Source: a virus (Duplodnaviria; Caudoviricetes). From it: DNA of 42,863 nt. The position numbers and the translations under genes were made by a program. Under the pieces are notes generated by a model. The model saw only the letters and a program-made list of their open reading frames with translations. It ran no database searches and had not been told where the DNA came from. Location of the stretch: positions 1 to 42,863 of the IMG/VR virus record IMGVR_UViG_3300016722_000143; one strand, given 5' to 3'. Numbering within the stretch: the stretch's first letter is position 1; each line of letters begins with the position of its first letter. Of the stretch, positions 24,621 through 33,331 are shown piece by piece.

Positions 24621-25120
24621 AGGCGACACCACGATTGGGGCGGCCTCCTCAGCCCGAACTCGGAGACGCCCCTGGGCCGTTCCAGCGTTCTGAAGTCGTC
24701 GATCCTCCAGAGATAGAGCGTTCCCGTCCCGGCGTACCTCTCGGCATCCTGAAGGCTGACCCCGATGAGCTTCTCGATTCCGGGACGATTCAAACCCTCA
24801 TGGTGAGGGCACTCGTTCGTCTGCCACCCGTTGCCGAGATCCCCGGAAACGTACTTGCTCGAATAGACTTGCCTGAGGGCGAACGCCGCCGCGACCTTCC
24901 CCTCCCACTCGTCAATCCTCCCGCCGGTCTTTCGGCGGATCTCAAGGTACTCGCGCCTTGGGAGGCGCGCGGCCCCGCAGCAATAGACAAGGACCTCGAT
25001 GTCGCAGTCTTTGGCGTCGGCCTCTTTCGGATAGGATTTGCGAAGCTCGAAGATCTTTTTCTTGAGATAGATCATCGTGAAGTATTCGGGCCTGACGCTG
25101 ATGAGTATCCTTCCCATCAT
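24593..25120 (-). CDS. ASCH-domain protein
   Basis: 'ILISVRPEY...KKKIFELRK...VLVY' and C-terminal 'RPPQSW' of the ASCH/PUA-like family. Confidence 0.8.
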   Translation of the reverse strand: MMGRILISVRPEYFTMIYLKKKIFELRKSYPKEADAKDCDIEVLVYCCGAARLPRREYLEIRRKTGGRIDEWEGKVAAAFALRQVYSSKYVSGDLGNGWQTNECPHHEGLNRPGIEKLIGVSLQDAERYAGTGTLYLWRIDDFRTLERPRGVSEFGLRRPPQSWCRLRNNTGGAA

Positions 25121-25320
25121 GGCTTCCTCCGGCGGAACGCCATGATCTGCCCGAACAGCTCCTGACGGTGCGCTGGGGAGCCCTCGAACGTTATGAAGCC
25201 GTTCCTCGCGTCGATGAAGCAGGTCGTCTCGTCGCCTTTCCCCGCCCCTATGGTTTTGAACCAGTACTCACCCGATTGGCTTTTGGAGAACCCGGCCTTC
25301 GAATAGTCATTGTCGTCCAT
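25117..25320 (-). CDS. Hypothetical phage protein
   Basis: Coupled overlaps in operon; AGGAGG RBS. Confidence 0.6.
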   Translation of the reverse strand: MDDNDYSKAGFSKSQSGEYWFKTIGAGKGDETTCFIDARNGFITFEGSPAHRQELFGQIMAFRRRKP

Positions 25321-25564
25321 GGGTTTCCACCTCCTTATCCTCCAAGACTATGGATACGAAGGACTCTGATATCGGTGTCCCTCTCGTTCCGACTTCGTAT
25401 ACGCCCGAACTGATGGAGGAAACCTCGAAATCATAGAACTTCTTTAAGTCGTCATGGTAAATCGCCGATTGCCTCCGATAGTCCCCAAAGGCGTCGGGCT
25501 TATCCGCCAGCCTCACGGTGAATTCCCCTCCGATGACTTCGATTACGTCTTTTAATTTGAGCAT
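25307..25564 (-). CDS. Hypothetical phage protein
   Basis: Operon context, RBS. Confidence 0.6.
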   Translation of the reverse strand: MLKLKDVIEVIGGEFTVRLADKPDAFGDYRRQSAIYHDDLKKFYDFEVSSISSGVYEVGTRGTPISESFVSIVLEDKEVETHGRQ

Positions 25565-25586
25565 GTTTCAATCCTCGCTTCCTTCC

Positions 25587-25832
25587 TCAGTGCCCCGTAA
25601 GCACGTCGGTTCTTACAGAGAATTCGGATATCAGCGAGACGATAGTCTTCCTCTGCTCGACGTACTGGGTCCGCCTCTCCTGTTCACGCAGCCAGGCGTT
25701 GATAGCGGCGACGTCCTGCCTCAGCTGGCCCTTGCTCCCGGACTGGGCGAACGCCCGCTTGGCGGAGGTGAATCTTCTCTTGGCCTCGGATCGGATGACC
25801 CAAAGTTCGTCGGTGGGTATTTTCTTTTTCAT
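25587..25832 (-). CDS. Hypothetical phage protein
   Basis: ATGA overlap with upstream gene. Confidence 0.55.
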   Translation of the reverse strand: MKKKIPTDELWVIRSEAKRRFTSAKRAFAQSGSKGQLRQDVAAINAWLREQERRTQYVEQRKTIVSLISEFSVRTDVLTGH

Positions 25833-26209
25833 TTGCCAACCTCTTCAGGCGATTCGCGCTCTGCGTCGATCCATCTGACAAACGCCTCATAAAGTTCGGG
25901 ATCCTGCGATTTGAGGACGATGTCGGTTCCTTCGCATTTCGTACACGCCCAAACGCTCATCTCATCGTATTTCAAGGCCCCCGAGACGAATAACGCCTTC
26001 ATCATCTTTTCGGTCATAGCCGATTCGGAGGCGGCGTCTTTCCGGTTGGCCTTCGAGATGAAAAGCTGGCGAAGTTGGCGCTTGAGGGTTTTATTGATCT
26101 CCTTGCTTTCCTCATCGCTCCCGTTGCCCCATTTCTTGGAATCGATCGTTGAGACGATGCTGTAGTAGCCCCAGTACTCTAGGATCTTCTTCGATTTCGA
26201 TTTTCTCAT
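25829..26209 (-). CDS. Hypothetical phage protein
   Basis: ATGA overlaps on both sides; CxxC motif. Confidence 0.6.
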   Translation of the reverse strand: MRKSKSKKILEYWGYYSIVSTIDSKKWGNGSDEESKEINKTLKRQLRQLFISKANRKDAASESAMTEKMMKALFVSGALKYDEMSVWACTKCEGTDIVLKSQDPELYEAFVRWIDAERESPEEVGK

Positions 26210-26388
26210 AGGCTATTTGCCTCCTTGTAGTCTTTGCATTGACGTCGCCTCATCACTTTGTGTAGCGGGCATTCGATGTCATAGTTCTCCCCAGCCTCCC
26301 CTTTTTCGCTGTCCTCGCCGTATTCGTAGAATGCCTCCGTCGTCATTTTCGCGTTGGCGCAATTCCAGCAGTTGATTTCGTTTTTCAT
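26206..26388 (-). CDS. Small Cys-rich (putative Zn-binding) protein
   Basis: CWNC...C...C pattern; ATGA overlap. Confidence 0.55.
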   Translation of the reverse strand: MKNEINCWNCANAKMTTEAFYEYGEDSEKGEAGENYDIECPLHKVMRRRQCKDYKEANSL

Positions 26389-26645
26389 TTTTTGGCCTCG
26401 TCCCCTCCGGTGAGCAGAGGAACGTTCTCCTCTTTCCCGCCCATCCTGTATTTGCGCTTGATCGTTTCGGCCCTAACGATGACGGCCTCGTTCTGGACCG
26501 CCACCCTCGCCACGGTTGAGATGGCGCCGGCTCTTTTTATTTCCTTCTTCGCGGCCTCCGGATCGGACATGAGCTCATCGTCGTTCAGGCGCTCCAAGGC
26601 CTCCATCAGATGGTTCTGAAGGTCAATCGCTGTGTTCTGCGGCAT
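26385..26645 (-). CDS. Conserved phage protein
   Basis: 'NTAIDLQNHLMEALERLNDDEL...EIKRAGAI' pattern, commonly adjacent to HNH_3 genes in Firmicutes phages. Confidence 0.7.
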   Translation of the reverse strand: MPQNTAIDLQNHLMEALERLNDDELMSDPEAAKKEIKRAGAISTVARVAVQNEAVIVRAETIKRKYRMGGKEENVPLLTGGDEAKK

Positions 26646-27309
26646 GTTTCTTCCTCCTTTTGTTTTCTGCTCGTCTCTTCTCTTTGAGGGCCCATGTCCT
26701 GTGGCCTATCTTGACGATGAGCTCCGCCGCCTTCATCGCCGCTTCGTCTCGGCCAAGGATCCCCATCCGGTTCATCGGCCCGTAGATCGCCTTGTCGACG
26801 ACGTAGAGGTTTTCGAGGCTGTCGTTGAGCGGATTCTTGTCCAGATGGATGACGACGCAGCTGTCCGGGACCGGTGTCCCGGCTTTTTCGAGGACGATCC
26901 TCGCGACCGGCTTCCACCTCTCCCAGAGCGTCCCCTCGTCGGAGACCTTCTCGTACCACCTCTCCTCGGCGCCTTTTTTCCACCGCACGATCCTGCGGTC
27001 CCCGATCTTGAAGCGGTCGTTCCACGGTTTTTGGCCCCTCTTGAACATCGTGGCCTTGGCCGCCTCATAGACGTGCCTCGGCATCGGGATCCCTTTGTTC
27101 GGGGACGGATGCCCCTTCTCGAATCGGCCGGTGAGGCCGCTGGAGGCGTGATGGTTCTTCCGCCAGTGGCTCAGCTGCTTCGGGGTGAGGCGGATCCCGA
27201 AACGCCGGCGTATCATCTCGGACTGCTCTTTCCCGGTCCTTCCGGGGACGATCGACCGGACCCACTCCTCTTGCTCCGGGGAGAAGATCCTATGGTTGTT
27301 TAGGCTCAT
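26623..27309 (-). CDS. HNH_3-type endonuclease-domain protein
   Basis: 'VVIHLDKNPLNDSLENL'; repeated 'FEKGHPSPNKG'/'FKRGQKPWN' motifs. Confidence 0.75.
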   Translation of the reverse strand: MSLNNHRIFSPEQEEWVRSIVPGRTGKEQSEMIRRRFGIRLTPKQLSHWRKNHHASSGLTGRFEKGHPSPNKGIPMPRHVYEAAKATMFKRGQKPWNDRFKIGDRRIVRWKKGAEERWYEKVSDEGTLWERWKPVARIVLEKAGTPVPDSCVVIHLDKNPLNDSLENLYVVDKAIYGPMNRMGILGRDEAAMKAAELIVKIGHRTWALKEKRRAENKRRKKHAAEHSD

Positions 27310-27484
27310 GGCCGACGGCCTCCTTTTTCAGCTGTCTGTAATACTTCTTGATCAGACGCCCTATCCGCCAACCGAGGATCTTCTTGCGGAAGGCATCGCC
27401 CTCCTTCTCCGCGCCGATCCTGTCCTGCTGAAGGATCCCGATCAGCTTCGAGATCCTGGAGGATCTGCTCATCTTGGTCTTCAT
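27290..27484 (-). CDS. Hypothetical basic protein (64 aa)
   Basis: MKTKMSRSSRISKLIG..., ATGA overlap with primase stop, AGGAGG RBS. Confidence 0.5.
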   Translation of the reverse strand: MKTKMSRSSRISKLIGILQQDRIGAEKEGDAFRKKILGWRIGRLIKKYYRQLKKEAVGHEPKQP

Positions 27485-29946
27485 GTTTTCCCTCCTTTCG
27501 GCTTTTGCCGCTTGAAGCACCGCTGAGGCCCATAAGGCCCGACTCTGGTGGTGCCCTCGTCCTGCTTCCACCCCGGCAGTTTGGCCAAGGTCTCGCAGAT
27601 CCGCTTCGAATCGATCCTCGTCATGTCGGAGGGTTTCTTGCCGAAGCACTCGACCCAAATCTCCTGGGCGCAGACGGCGTCCCTCTCGTGGAGGCCGACG
27701 GCGTCCCCGACGGCGTCGATCGCGGCCGATTGCTGGGTCTTGTACTCCTCCGTGGACTTGTACCATTGGACGCGCTGGTCCATGTTGAGCGACTTCCAGT
27801 TCCCGGGGATCCCCTCCTCGAGGTAGACGGTGATCGCGCCGAGCATCGGGTCGTCGTCCGTGTGGCTCTCCTGCTCCTGGAGCGCCTTCTCGGCGACGTG
27901 GTCCGGCATGTCCATGATCCTCTCGCCTTTGTCGTAGAGGCTCTTCGCCTCGGCCCAGATCTGGTGCACCTCGTCGGGGCTGAGGCCCCTCCACACCGGC
28001 GTCTTCACCCTGGCCGGATCGCAGTCGATCACCAGGAAGCGGCGCGCGCCGGTCGAGTCGTTGAGGAAGCTCCCGTCGTTCGTCGTCCCGATGAAGATGC
28101 ACCGCCGCCTGTTGACCGAGACGTTCCTGGCATAGGCCTTCCTGTAGGTGTCCTCGGTCTTGCTGACGAAGTTCTTGATGGTCTCGCGGTCGGCCTTCTT
28201 GAGGGCCACCAGCTCGGCCATTTCCATTAGCCACACTCCGTCGAGCGACTCGTATGCCTGCTTGGATCTGAGGTCGGGCAGAGTGTCGGAGGTCCACCCG
28301 TTCCCCAGCTTGTAGATGAGGAGCGACTTGCCCACGCCCTGCGGGCCCACGAGCGTGACCATGTAGTCGAACTTCTTGCCCGGCTCATAGACGCGGGCCA
28401 CCGCCGCCACCAGCATCTTCCTGGTGACGGTGCGGACGTAGTCGCTGTCCTCCGCCCCTAGGTAATCGATCAGGACCCTCTCGATCCTTTCGGCACCGTC
28501 CCATCCGACGGCTTCGATGTATTGCTTGACCGGGTCGAAGGCGTTGTGCTCCATGGCCGCCGTGAGGGCGTCCGTGATGAACATCCGGTTCTTTATCCCA
28601 TAGGCGTGACTGAGATAGATGCGCAGCTGGGCGTCGTCGGCGTCGGTCCATGTCGGGGCGCTGGAGCTTCTCTTCCAGGGCGTGCTCCTCTTCAGTATCT
28701 CCGGGAAGCCGCGGAACACGTTCTCCCCGACCAACCCCTTGAGGTTCGGGTCGTTCTCCAAGATCAGCGTGGCGTTGTCGTAGGTGTCTTCGGCGTATTT
28801 GGACCCTCTGGCGAGGGTGAGCCTCTTCATCCAGTCGTCGGCTCTCTCCGGGCCTTTGTCCAGGAACTCCCCGAAATCCTCCCGGGCCTCCGGGTGCGCG
28901 TCGGCCATCTTCTTCACCAGGATGGCCTTCGTCTTGGGATCGTTCCGCGCGAACTCCTCCATCTTTCTGAAGGAGGGCATCGATCCGGCCGGCGTGCCCT
29001 CCTTGGCCTTCTCGTCGAGCGCCCCGAAAAGGTGGATCCGGCAGAGGTCGAAGGCGTTCAGGCTCTGACCCCGGGCGGGGTCGGTCGCGTGATTCGAATA
29101 AAGGAAGCGGTCGCCGTAGACGATCGCGCCTCCCGTCGTGGATCCCTTCGCGAAGGTGTATCTGCCGTCGCCGGCTTCGAGGTAGGTCTCGGAAAGGAAT
29201 TCCGCTATGGCGTCCGATATCGGATGGGCCGCGCAGAAAGCGCCGATCGTCCCCGGCTTCCCGGCCGGGTCGCCCAATTTGACGCCGGGCTGGCCCGGGC
29301 GCCTCTTGAGCTCTTTCTTGGACGTCGGCCATTCGGAGGCGTCGCGCCAGTCGCCGTATCTTTTGAGGACTTCGTCCGGATCGCAGAGCGGCCCTTCGAA
29401 CTCCCTGTAGATCTCCGGCTCGTCGTGGGTCCGGCTCGGCCAGTACATGAGCCGGGCGGCCTCGTAGGTCGTGGGGTCGAAGCACTCCATCCCGGCCAGG
29501 CTGTCGGCGGCTATCTTTCGCGCCAGCGGCTCGTATTCGTCCGGGCTGACTTCCCGGGCCAGGGGGATGACAAGGCGGATGCGGGGCTTGGCCGCGGTCG
29601 ATTTGTGGGTGCTGTAGACGACGGCCTCCCATTCCATCCCCACCCCGAGCGATTCGAGGATCGTCGCCGGGCAGTCGTCGAGGTCCAGCGTCACGAGCGA
29701 TCTGTTTTCGACGCACCCGTTCCGGCGGAGGCCGTCCCGGAGCGATCCGCCGACGAAGCCGCCTATGTCCTTCACGACGTCCTGCTGCTCTTTGGGCATC
29801 GCCAGGTACTCGGCCATGGTCTCGCCGGTGTCCTTGCTGAAAGCGAGCTTCCTCTTAAGGTCGCCCCAGCCGACGGCGCGGTTGGTCCATGTCTTGGACA
29901 TCCGACTCGAGGCCGTGGCTATGGTCAGACGCTTCTCTTCTTGCAT
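27481..29946 (-). CDS. Primase-helicase with VapE (virulence-associated protein E) ATPase domain
   Basis: N-terminal 'TLDLDD...YSTHKST...PRIRLVIPL...RLMYWPS'; Walker A 'GPQGVGKS', 'EMAEL', 'YRKAYAR', 'FIGTTN', 'TGARRF'. Confidence 0.92.
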   Translation of the reverse strand: MQEEKRLTIATASSRMSKTWTNRAVGWGDLKRKLAFSKDTGETMAEYLAMPKEQQDVVKDIGGFVGGSLRDGLRRNGCVENRSLVTLDLDDCPATILESLGVGMEWEAVVYSTHKSTAAKPRIRLVIPLAREVSPDEYEPLARKIAADSLAGMECFDPTTYEAARLMYWPSRTHDEPEIYREFEGPLCDPDEVLKRYGDWRDASEWPTSKKELKRRPGQPGVKLGDPAGKPGTIGAFCAAHPISDAIAEFLSETYLEAGDGRYTFAKGSTTGGAIVYGDRFLYSNHATDPARGQSLNAFDLCRIHLFGALDEKAKEGTPAGSMPSFRKMEEFARNDPKTKAILVKKMADAHPEAREDFGEFLDKGPERADDWMKRLTLARGSKYAEDTYDNATLILENDPNLKGLVGENVFRGFPEILKRSTPWKRSSSAPTWTDADDAQLRIYLSHAYGIKNRMFITDALTAAMEHNAFDPVKQYIEAVGWDGAERIERVLIDYLGAEDSDYVRTVTRKMLVAAVARVYEPGKKFDYMVTLVGPQGVGKSLLIYKLGNGWTSDTLPDLRSKQAYESLDGVWLMEMAELVALKKADRETIKNFVSKTEDTYRKAYARNVSVNRRRCIFIGTTNDGSFLNDSTGARRFLVIDCDPARVKTPVWRGLSPDEVHQIWAEAKSLYDKGERIMDMPDHVAEKALQEQESHTDDDPMLGAITVYLEEGIPGNWKSLNMDQRVQWYKSTEEYKTQQSAAIDAVGDAVGLHERDAVCAQEIWVECFGKKPSDMTRIDSKRICETLAKLPGWKQDEGTTRVGPYGPQRCFKRQKPKGGKT

Positions 29947-29976
29947 GTTGTCTCCTTCCCAGGCTTCCGCCCGGTC

Positions 29977-30375
29977 TCATTCGGCTCTTTCCGTCGTCGG
30001 ATCGTATCTCAGGCGCCCGGACATGGCCTTCCTCACCTCTTCCGTCGTCACCAGCGTCGCCGCCCCGTCCGCCGCGATCAGGACGAAGTCGCAGTCCATC
30101 CAGCTCTGCTCGGCCCGGATGATGTGGATCAGCTTCGGCATGTCGGCGCCCATCGGCGGCAGCGCGAACCCGCCTTTGACGTCGAGAAGCGCGTTGTACG
30201 CCCCCGTGACGTCGCCGGTTTCGGCGGGCCTGGCAGATTTGTAGTCGACCGTGGTCCTCGGGTTCGCGTCGATGAGGCGCGGCGGAAGGTCCTTTTTGGC
30301 GTGGAAGTAAAGGTATGCCCTGCCGCTTTCGGTGACGACTATGGTCTTGCGATGGGCGTTCAGCGTGTCGTTCAT
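29977..30375 (-). CDS. Hypothetical phage protein
   Basis: Start MNDTLNAH, ATGA overlap. Confidence 0.55.
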   Translation of the reverse strand: MNDTLNAHRKTIVVTESGRAYLYFHAKKDLPPRLIDANPRTTVDYKSARPAETGDVTGAYNALLDVKGGFALPPMGADMPKLIHIIRAEQSWMDCDFVLIAADGAATLVTTEEVRKAMSGRLRYDPTTERAE

Positions 30376-30593
30376 ACCGTCTCCGCCCCCTCCCGCCGGA
30401 CGCCCTCGAGGTAATGCCTGGCTTCCATGTAGGCGCGGCTCTGGCGGAAGTCCTCTGCGTCCATGTGGTCCTTCATGCTGAGGATCCAATCGTCGTAGTC
30501 GATCGCGTCGATGGCCTTTTGGATCGGTTGGCCTTTGTGCGAGTCGACGACCTGCCTGGCTTCGGCGCTCAGGGCCTCAGATGCTTCCGGCAT
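30372..30593 (-). CDS. Hypothetical phage protein
   Basis: GGAGG RBS; coupled overlaps. Confidence 0.55.
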   Translation of the reverse strand: MPEASEALSAEARQVVDSHKGQPIQKAIDAIDYDDWILSMKDHMDAEDFRQSRAYMEARHYLEGVRREGAETV

Positions 30594-30969
30594 AGCCGAA
30601 GTCCTCCCGTTTGACGCCCCAGATCTCGCAGAGCTTCGCGAGGCCGGCCTCGAACGCGTACTGGTTTGTCGGGTCGGCTCTCAGATCCGGCTCCAAGTAA
30701 TAGGTCCCGTCTCCCTCGTCTCGGTAGAAGATGACCTGCCTCGGATCCCGTTTGTAACCGACGTCGCCCTCGTGGATGAAGAGCGTCACGCGGCCGTCCT
30801 TCGCGACCTCCTTCGTGACTTTAGCGGTGCTTTTGTAATAGGCCTCCTTGGATAGTGAGCCCTTGGCCCGTTCGTAGATGGCGTGGCGGATGGCCTGGGC
30901 CACCGCGTCCGCCTGCTCTCCGGTCAGTTTCTTGTCGACCTTCCACCCGAATTCATATCTTTCGATCAT
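30577..30969 (-). CDS. Hypothetical phage protein
   Basis: Start MIERYEF with AGGAG RBS. Confidence 0.55.
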   Translation of the reverse strand: MIERYEFGWKVDKKLTGEQADAVAQAIRHAIYERAKGSLSKEAYYKSTAKVTKEVAKDGRVTLFIHEGDVGYKRDPRQVIFYRDEGDGTYYLEPDLRADPTNQYAFEAGLAKLCEIWGVKREDFGYAGSI

Positions 30970-31162
30970 TTTGCTTTTCGCTCCTTTGCTTCCTGAGAAG
31001 CCTGCCCAGATGGGCTTTGGCCTGTTTGCAGCCGAAGCCATTGCCCCTTCTGCGGAACACCTCCATCTGGAATCTGGTGTCCGCTATCTCCTTCTCGAGC
31101 GGAGTCTGTGGAGGAGGCGTGAACGGCTCGGTAAGCCGCCCGTTGTTCCTAAGCGTTCCCAT
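30953..31162 (-). CDS. Hypothetical phage protein
   Basis: GGAGG RBS, fills the operon gap. Confidence 0.45.
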   Translation of the reverse strand: MGTLRNNGRLTEPFTPPPQTPLEKEIADTRFQMEVFRRRGNGFGCKQAKAHLGRLLRKQRSEKQNDRKI

Positions 31163-31793
31163 GGCCTCCGCCTCCCTCGAAGAAGAGGATTTTCTTCTTG
31201 AGCTCAGCGGACTCCGCCCTAAGGGCGTTCGCCTCGCACGTTTTGTCGATCAGCGCCGCGGCGGAAAGGCGGTTCTCGCCCTCGAGCCTTTCCGCCCTCA
31301 GGTGCTCGGCGTCGTATTGGGATTGGAGGGCTTCGAGCTCGCCTTTGGTCAGCTTCAGGTAGTCGTCGATGTAGCCGAGGTCGAATTCCCGCCCGTCTAT
31401 GACGCTTTGGGCGAAGAGGTCCAGGTCGGCGCGGATCTTCTGCTGGAGGGTCGTCGCCTGCCGGATGTGCTCCGCCGTGTATTTCTTCCGGTAGACGATC
31501 CCGTTGAACGGGCTGCCCTCTTTGTCCCAGTCGACCATGTCGTAGGCGATCTCCCGGCAGGCTTTGAGGATCTCTTTGAGGTTCCCGAACGCGACCGCGT
31601 ACTCCAGGACCTTGCCGACGCGGAGCATGTCCATGTCCTTCCCGTAGAAGTCGCGCGGCACGTTCAGGCGCTTGTGCTGGGCGTCGGCCTCCATGGCGGC
31701 CAGCTCGACGGTCTTGAGGGCCTCCTTCGCCTTTTCGTCGCCGGTGGCTCCGATGACGCCGCTCAGGTATTTGACGGCCTCAGTGGCTTCCAT
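31149..31793 (-). CDS. Hypothetical protein with C-terminal coiled coil
   Basis: AGGAGG RBS; heptad-rich C-terminus. Confidence 0.6.
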   Translation of the reverse strand: MEATEAVKYLSGVIGATGDEKAKEALKTVELAAMEADAQHKRLNVPRDFYGKDMDMLRVGKVLEYAVAFGNLKEILKACREIAYDMVDWDKEGSPFNGIVYRKKYTAEHIRQATTLQQKIRADLDLFAQSVIDGREFDLGYIDDYLKLTKGELEALQSQYDAEHLRAERLEGENRLSAAALIDKTCEANALRAESAELKKKILFFEGGGGHGNA

Positions 31794-31989
31794 GTCCGGA
31801 CCCTCCTTCCTTTCCGATGTCCGACAGGCGCTCAGTGATCCCGAGGAACGTCTCGTCCGTCTTGTAGGCGGACCCGTCGCTCATCCGGATGACGGCCTTG
31901 CCGTTTCGGCCGGCTTCCACGGAGCAGATCTTAAAGGGGTTGACGGCGACTTCCCGCCCTCCGGAGGTCTTTATTTCCATCAGTTTCAT
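31780..31989 (-). CDS. FlbD-like small protein
   Basis: MKLMEIKTSGGREVAVNPFKICSVEAG...IRMSDGSAYKTDETF matches the FlbD-family pattern. Confidence 0.55.
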   Translation of the reverse strand: MKLMEIKTSGGREVAVNPFKICSVEAGRNGKAVIRMSDGSAYKTDETFLGITERLSDIGKEGGSGHGSH

Positions 31990-33311
31990 CGCTTCCCCTC
32001 CTTGGCGATGAGGTCGAAGTCGAGCGCGTATGGATCCCCAGTGACTTTGCTTTCGTCGATGTATGGGAGGATCCCTTCGAAGGAATATTTGGAGAAGAGG
32101 GGAAGGGCGGCCGTCCTTAGGAAGCCGACGATCCATTTGGCCACTCGGCCTTTGACGAGGTGGTTGATGATCGCCAGCATCTCCTTGTAGCCGCTGTCGT
32201 TGAAGTACCTCAGCATCTCCTGTCCGGAGTTTTTTATCTTCAGCCAGGCGCCGGTCTTGCCGGCTAAGCCCTCGACGAGATCCTTCTTCTTCCCCGTGTC
32301 GTCGGAGAAGTCATTGAAGAGGTCACGGATGTCCTCGTCGTCCTCGACGGCAACCGTGTATCCGATCGCCTCGGCGTGGCTCTTGAGGAATTCGTTGACC
32401 GTTTTGTCGACGAGGATCGTGCCCTCGATCGTGAGGGCCTCCTGGATCCCTCCGTCCGTCCCCTTCTTCGCGGAGAGGTATTTTTCGAAGAACCCCCTCT
32501 TCGCGGAGTCGCTGGCGTCGGCCAGGTTCGCGGTTATGTCGTCCGAGAGGCTGTTGTCTTTGTAGCTGGCGTATATCGTCGCCGGGTCGCCTTCGTCGAT
32601 GAGCGCCTTGGCGACCAGGGCCATGAGCTGGTAGTAGTTGATGACCGATCTGTCGCGGTCGAGCTCGACCTCTGCCGGTTTGAAATCGAAGCCGTAGCCG
32701 AGGTTGGCGTCCGTTTGGACGTAGAGGCCGCCGACGAAGACCCTCCCTTTGTAGGGTTCGTCTCGGATGATGGTCCCGTATTCGGTCTCGCTCGTGTCCT
32801 CCGGCCCTCCGCCCATGATGATCCTCGTCATCTCGAGGCTCGTCCCGGCGATCCCCAAGAGCTCAGACGGGTTGAAGCCAGAGGCGACGATGGTCACGCC
32901 GTCCGGGGTCTTCTGGTCGGTGAGGTCGTCCTCGATCCGAAGCTGCAGGGTGTCGCATCCGAAGACGTCGCTGCGCCCGATGAACGGCGTCCAAAGCTCT
33001 TCTCCGTTGTGTATCTCGACTCCGTGGCCTTCCCTTAGGAGGGCGACCATTCCCAATTTCAGGCCCTCCCCGTATTTTCCGATGAGCTCTGGGGCATCCG
33101 TTTTGGTCGTCGTCCCGAGGGCCATCTTGTCGATCCCTATGGTTTTGCCGTGAGTCGTGAAGTAGATGGTGCCGCCGGCCTTGTCGACGTCGATGTCGTA
33201 TTGGCCTTCGTCGATGCAGTTTTGGACGATCTCCCGTATCGCCTCCAGGTAGGTCCATTTCCCCGCAAGGTATTGTCTGTTGATGGCCAGATCTATGATT
33301 TTGGTTTCCAT
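31986..33311 (-). CDS. GHKL (HATPase_c) ATPase-domain protein
   Basis: Start METKIIDL; N-box 'EAIREIVQNCID', G-box 'LGTTTK...IGKYGEGLKLG'. Confidence 0.8.
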   Translation of the reverse strand: METKIIDLAINRQYLAGKWTYLEAIREIVQNCIDEGQYDIDVDKAGGTIYFTTHGKTIGIDKMALGTTTKTDAPELIGKYGEGLKLGMVALLREGHGVEIHNGEELWTPFIGRSDVFGCDTLQLRIEDDLTDQKTPDGVTIVASGFNPSELLGIAGTSLEMTRIIMGGGPEDTSETEYGTIIRDEPYKGRVFVGGLYVQTDANLGYGFDFKPAEVELDRDRSVINYYQLMALVAKALIDEGDPATIYASYKDNSLSDDITANLADASDSAKRGFFEKYLSAKKGTDGGIQEALTIEGTILVDKTVNEFLKSHAEAIGYTVAVEDDEDIRDLFNDFSDDTGKKKDLVEGLAGKTGAWLKIKNSGQEMLRYFNDSGYKEMLAIINHLVKGRVAKWIVGFLRTAALPLFSKYSFEGILPYIDESKVTGDPYALDFDLIAKEGKR

Positions 33312-33331
33312 TTTGGAATCTCCTTTTTTGG

